This document shows positions 61,488 to 64,000 of a DNA stretch of 64,000 nucleotides, piece after piece; positions within the stretch are counted from its first letter, which is position 1; each line of letters begins with the position of its first letter. The notes under the pieces were generated by a model. The model searched no databases, was not told the DNA's origin, and saw only the letters and a list, made by a program, of their open reading frames with translations. Source of the stretch: Hamiltosporidium tvaerminnensis FI-OER-3-3 (taxonomy: Eukaryota; Fungi; Microsporidia); contig JAKIMF020000007.1 in the NCBI GenBank assembly GCA_022605425.2, forward strand, positions 248,001 to 312,000. The letters are read 5' to 3'. The translations under genes and the position numbers were made by a program.

Positions 61488-62765
61488 TTATTTATTAAAA
61501 CAAAAATATATAGATAAATCATACAAATGGAATTGCAATTATAGATAATTTAGGGCTGGATTCGTAGTACGAAGAATATTCATAGCGTTTTCTTCATTTT
61601 TTTTAATATTTTATTAAAAAAAATTAAAATGAAATAACAAAAAAATATATGCCATAATTATTACTAATGAGCTTGATGTAGTTGGGCTTTTCAGTGATAA
61701 TTTTTTTAATTTTGGGTTAACTTACTAGTAGAAACTACTAGTAACGACTTCAAGCGCTTATCTTTTAATTTAGATCTGTAAATATTTTTTAATATTTCAG
61801 TTCAGATTATGTTTCTTCGCACATATAGGTGAAAGCGGACAGTGGAAATAAAACCTCGAACAAATTTATGAACGCCTTTGTAATGCGTGACAGGAAGACT
61901 CTTATAAATTTCAGTAATTTATTTGTCTATTTTTAGAAATAAATACCTTTAATATAAATATTTTGTTTTTATGAACATCTATCTATATGAAACTTTAAAA
62001 ATTTGATTTAAAAATTTTAATAATGGAAATTGCTGAAATATTTTTCAGTATGGTAGCATAAAAAGTAATAAGTTATTGACCGCGAGTCAAAAAGTTTTGA
62101 AACCTCTGTATTAGACAATAGAAACACAAATATTTATTAGAATCTTTGAATTAATATTTACCATTTTATCACATTTTTACAGCATAGAAAAAGAAATACG
62201 GTTTATGCATGCCAAAAAAAACAATTCTATTATCTGTATTGGGCAAAATCTCATGCCAAAGATATTTTGAAAGAGTGACTCGCCGTTAAATGATATCAAG
62301 AGGTACCTTTACCGATTCTTGAATAGAAGTAATTACTTTTCTTTCAATTAAAAATGACATCGCTATAAATAGAAGAAGAGTTGCTGTTTCTAGCAGTTTA
62401 GGTCATAAATAACATGTTACGAATATTTTGAAAGACTGTACATTGTCATTTTTGCTATTTGATTTTCGATGATGATTATCATCGAGTTACCTTTTTAGGT
62501 TAATTAGTAAATTATAAAGATTCTCCAAGCATAAATCGTTTATATTCAAAAATATTTTACTATTTTAATCAAAAAAAGCTTTTAATCTTTGATATCTTGA
62601 TTTCTTTCTAAATTACTGATATCAAAGATATATATACCAATATAGAATGCCCTTCAAATGTATCAGAATCAGGTGGGACAATTATTTAGAATTTCTCCCA
62701 GTATTAAAAAATCTTCAAATACTCTATAGCATGTTTGTTAAGTCATCTAATCACTATACACTGCA

Positions 62766-64000
62766 GTGAAAAACATACTGTGTTCGTTTTTTCTTTTTGT
62801 ATTTTTTGGAATAAATAATTGCATTCGCATCAATAGATTTTTCAACGGTATAGATCGATCATTTGATTCTAGGATAAATCTATACGATTCCAATAATCTT
62901 CATAATCTTATTGGTAGAAAAAGAATACGTGAGACAGAAACAACATTCATTGAACCAAATAATCATTCGTTTCGGCCAAATAAAAATCGATACCTTGAAC
63001 CCAATCAATCAAAAGAATATAGTATAAGAAGTAAAAGACCGAGATGGGATAAAGATCCAGAAAATACAACAGATATTACACCTAAATATTTTCATACCAA
63101 TGTTAAATGTAATATGGGAGGGGATTTAGATCAAATCAATGTTGAAAAATCTAGTTTTGAAGTAAGGAATGAAAGAATTAAGAATTTAGGAAATTTGAAA
63201 ACAAACAAAGTAGGCCATTTCAAAGAACAAAGGATTCTATTACTATCGATAATTCGAATATTTTTATACTTAGGTCACGTTGTTTTGATATTTTATACAG
63301 ATCAAAGCTTCATGAAACTAATATTAATATTAAAGATATTACAAAAAGTAATATTGATTGTTTTTGGGTCAAAAAATGCATATTTATTTTATATTATGAG
63401 TTTGATTCGCAAATTGATGGTTTAAATAACAACGAATTTATAGATCTAATTGAATTTTTCAACGATCTTAACTGTTACTCAAATACTGATGCCCTCTATA
63501 TTTTGTACAAAAATTTACTTCCGTATTTATGTTATACATAATAGATGAAACCTGCCTTAATTTATTAAATACGACGAATTCTGAATATTTGAGGCATGTA
63601 AAATTGTTCTTGCCATCCTTAACTGTACTTTATGATGAGGTCGATGTATTGTTTAATTCAAATACAAAAGAATTAACGTTCACTGCGAAATAACAAAACA
63701 GAGAATCTTTTAAATATGAAATGAATTTTACTGATGATACAATAATTCGAATTACACCCGAAGCTCTTAATTACATGCAACAAGATGATTCTAACGAGAA
63801 AATAGAATTATTTGGTCTTTTGGTTAGTTCTTATAAAATAACTGGAATAAAAATTTCTAATGGTGATAAGTATTATACCGAATGTGTCTCTACGGATTTT
63901 GCGTGTAAATTTATTCTAAATAATCCTGTCATCTATAAAATGCAAACAAGCTTTTGTTATCTTTTTGGAAACATCGAATCTATGAAAATAAATACGTTAA
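62766..64000 (+). pseudogene. Disrupted gene of a lineage-specific family with a signal-peptide-like N-terminus, running off the window end
   Basis: GTG start, then KNILCSFFLFVFFG. Protein-like text continues in other frames after ~63200 (IDNSNIFILRSRCFDILY...) and ~63535, with an in-frame TAA at 63691, then stays open to 64000. Confidence 0.6.

Overview
Very AT-rich, gene-sparse eukaryotic DNA. CCC-like motifs just before several start codons, short intron-less genes, low-complexity expansions and heavy TE decay suggest a large-genome microsporidian (Hamiltosporidium-like); this is an inference. Host genes: tRNA-Gln(UUG), a Pho80/Pcl-type cyclin with a very large repeat-expanded N-terminus, a frameshifted REX1-type DEDDh RNA exonuclease, TFIIE alpha, a divergently oriented pair of secreted-looking paralogs, a C2H2 zinc-finger protein, an NAA40/Nat4-like acetyltransferase, an Esc2/Rad60-like SUMO-like-domain protein, and disrupted lineage-specific genes. 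Mobile DNA: an RLE-type (R4-like) non-LTR retrotransposon family (one near-intact copy with a 13-bp TSD, one decayed full-length copy, two 5'-truncated copies, older relics), a second highly decayed non-LTR family, a TIR-bounded Tc1 DD34E transposon, a candidate tRNA/RTE-type SINE and a possible Ty3/gypsy relic. An 8.5-kb tandem-repeat island surrounds the cyclin and ends in a near-perfect 75-bp x ~21 satellite. No CRISPR array or prokaryotic system is supported. The most unusual points are the retrotransposon architecture (no 5' UTR, clustered linker stops, dead catalytic Asp), the repeat island, and the SINE candidate. None can be called a proven new system from sequence alone.
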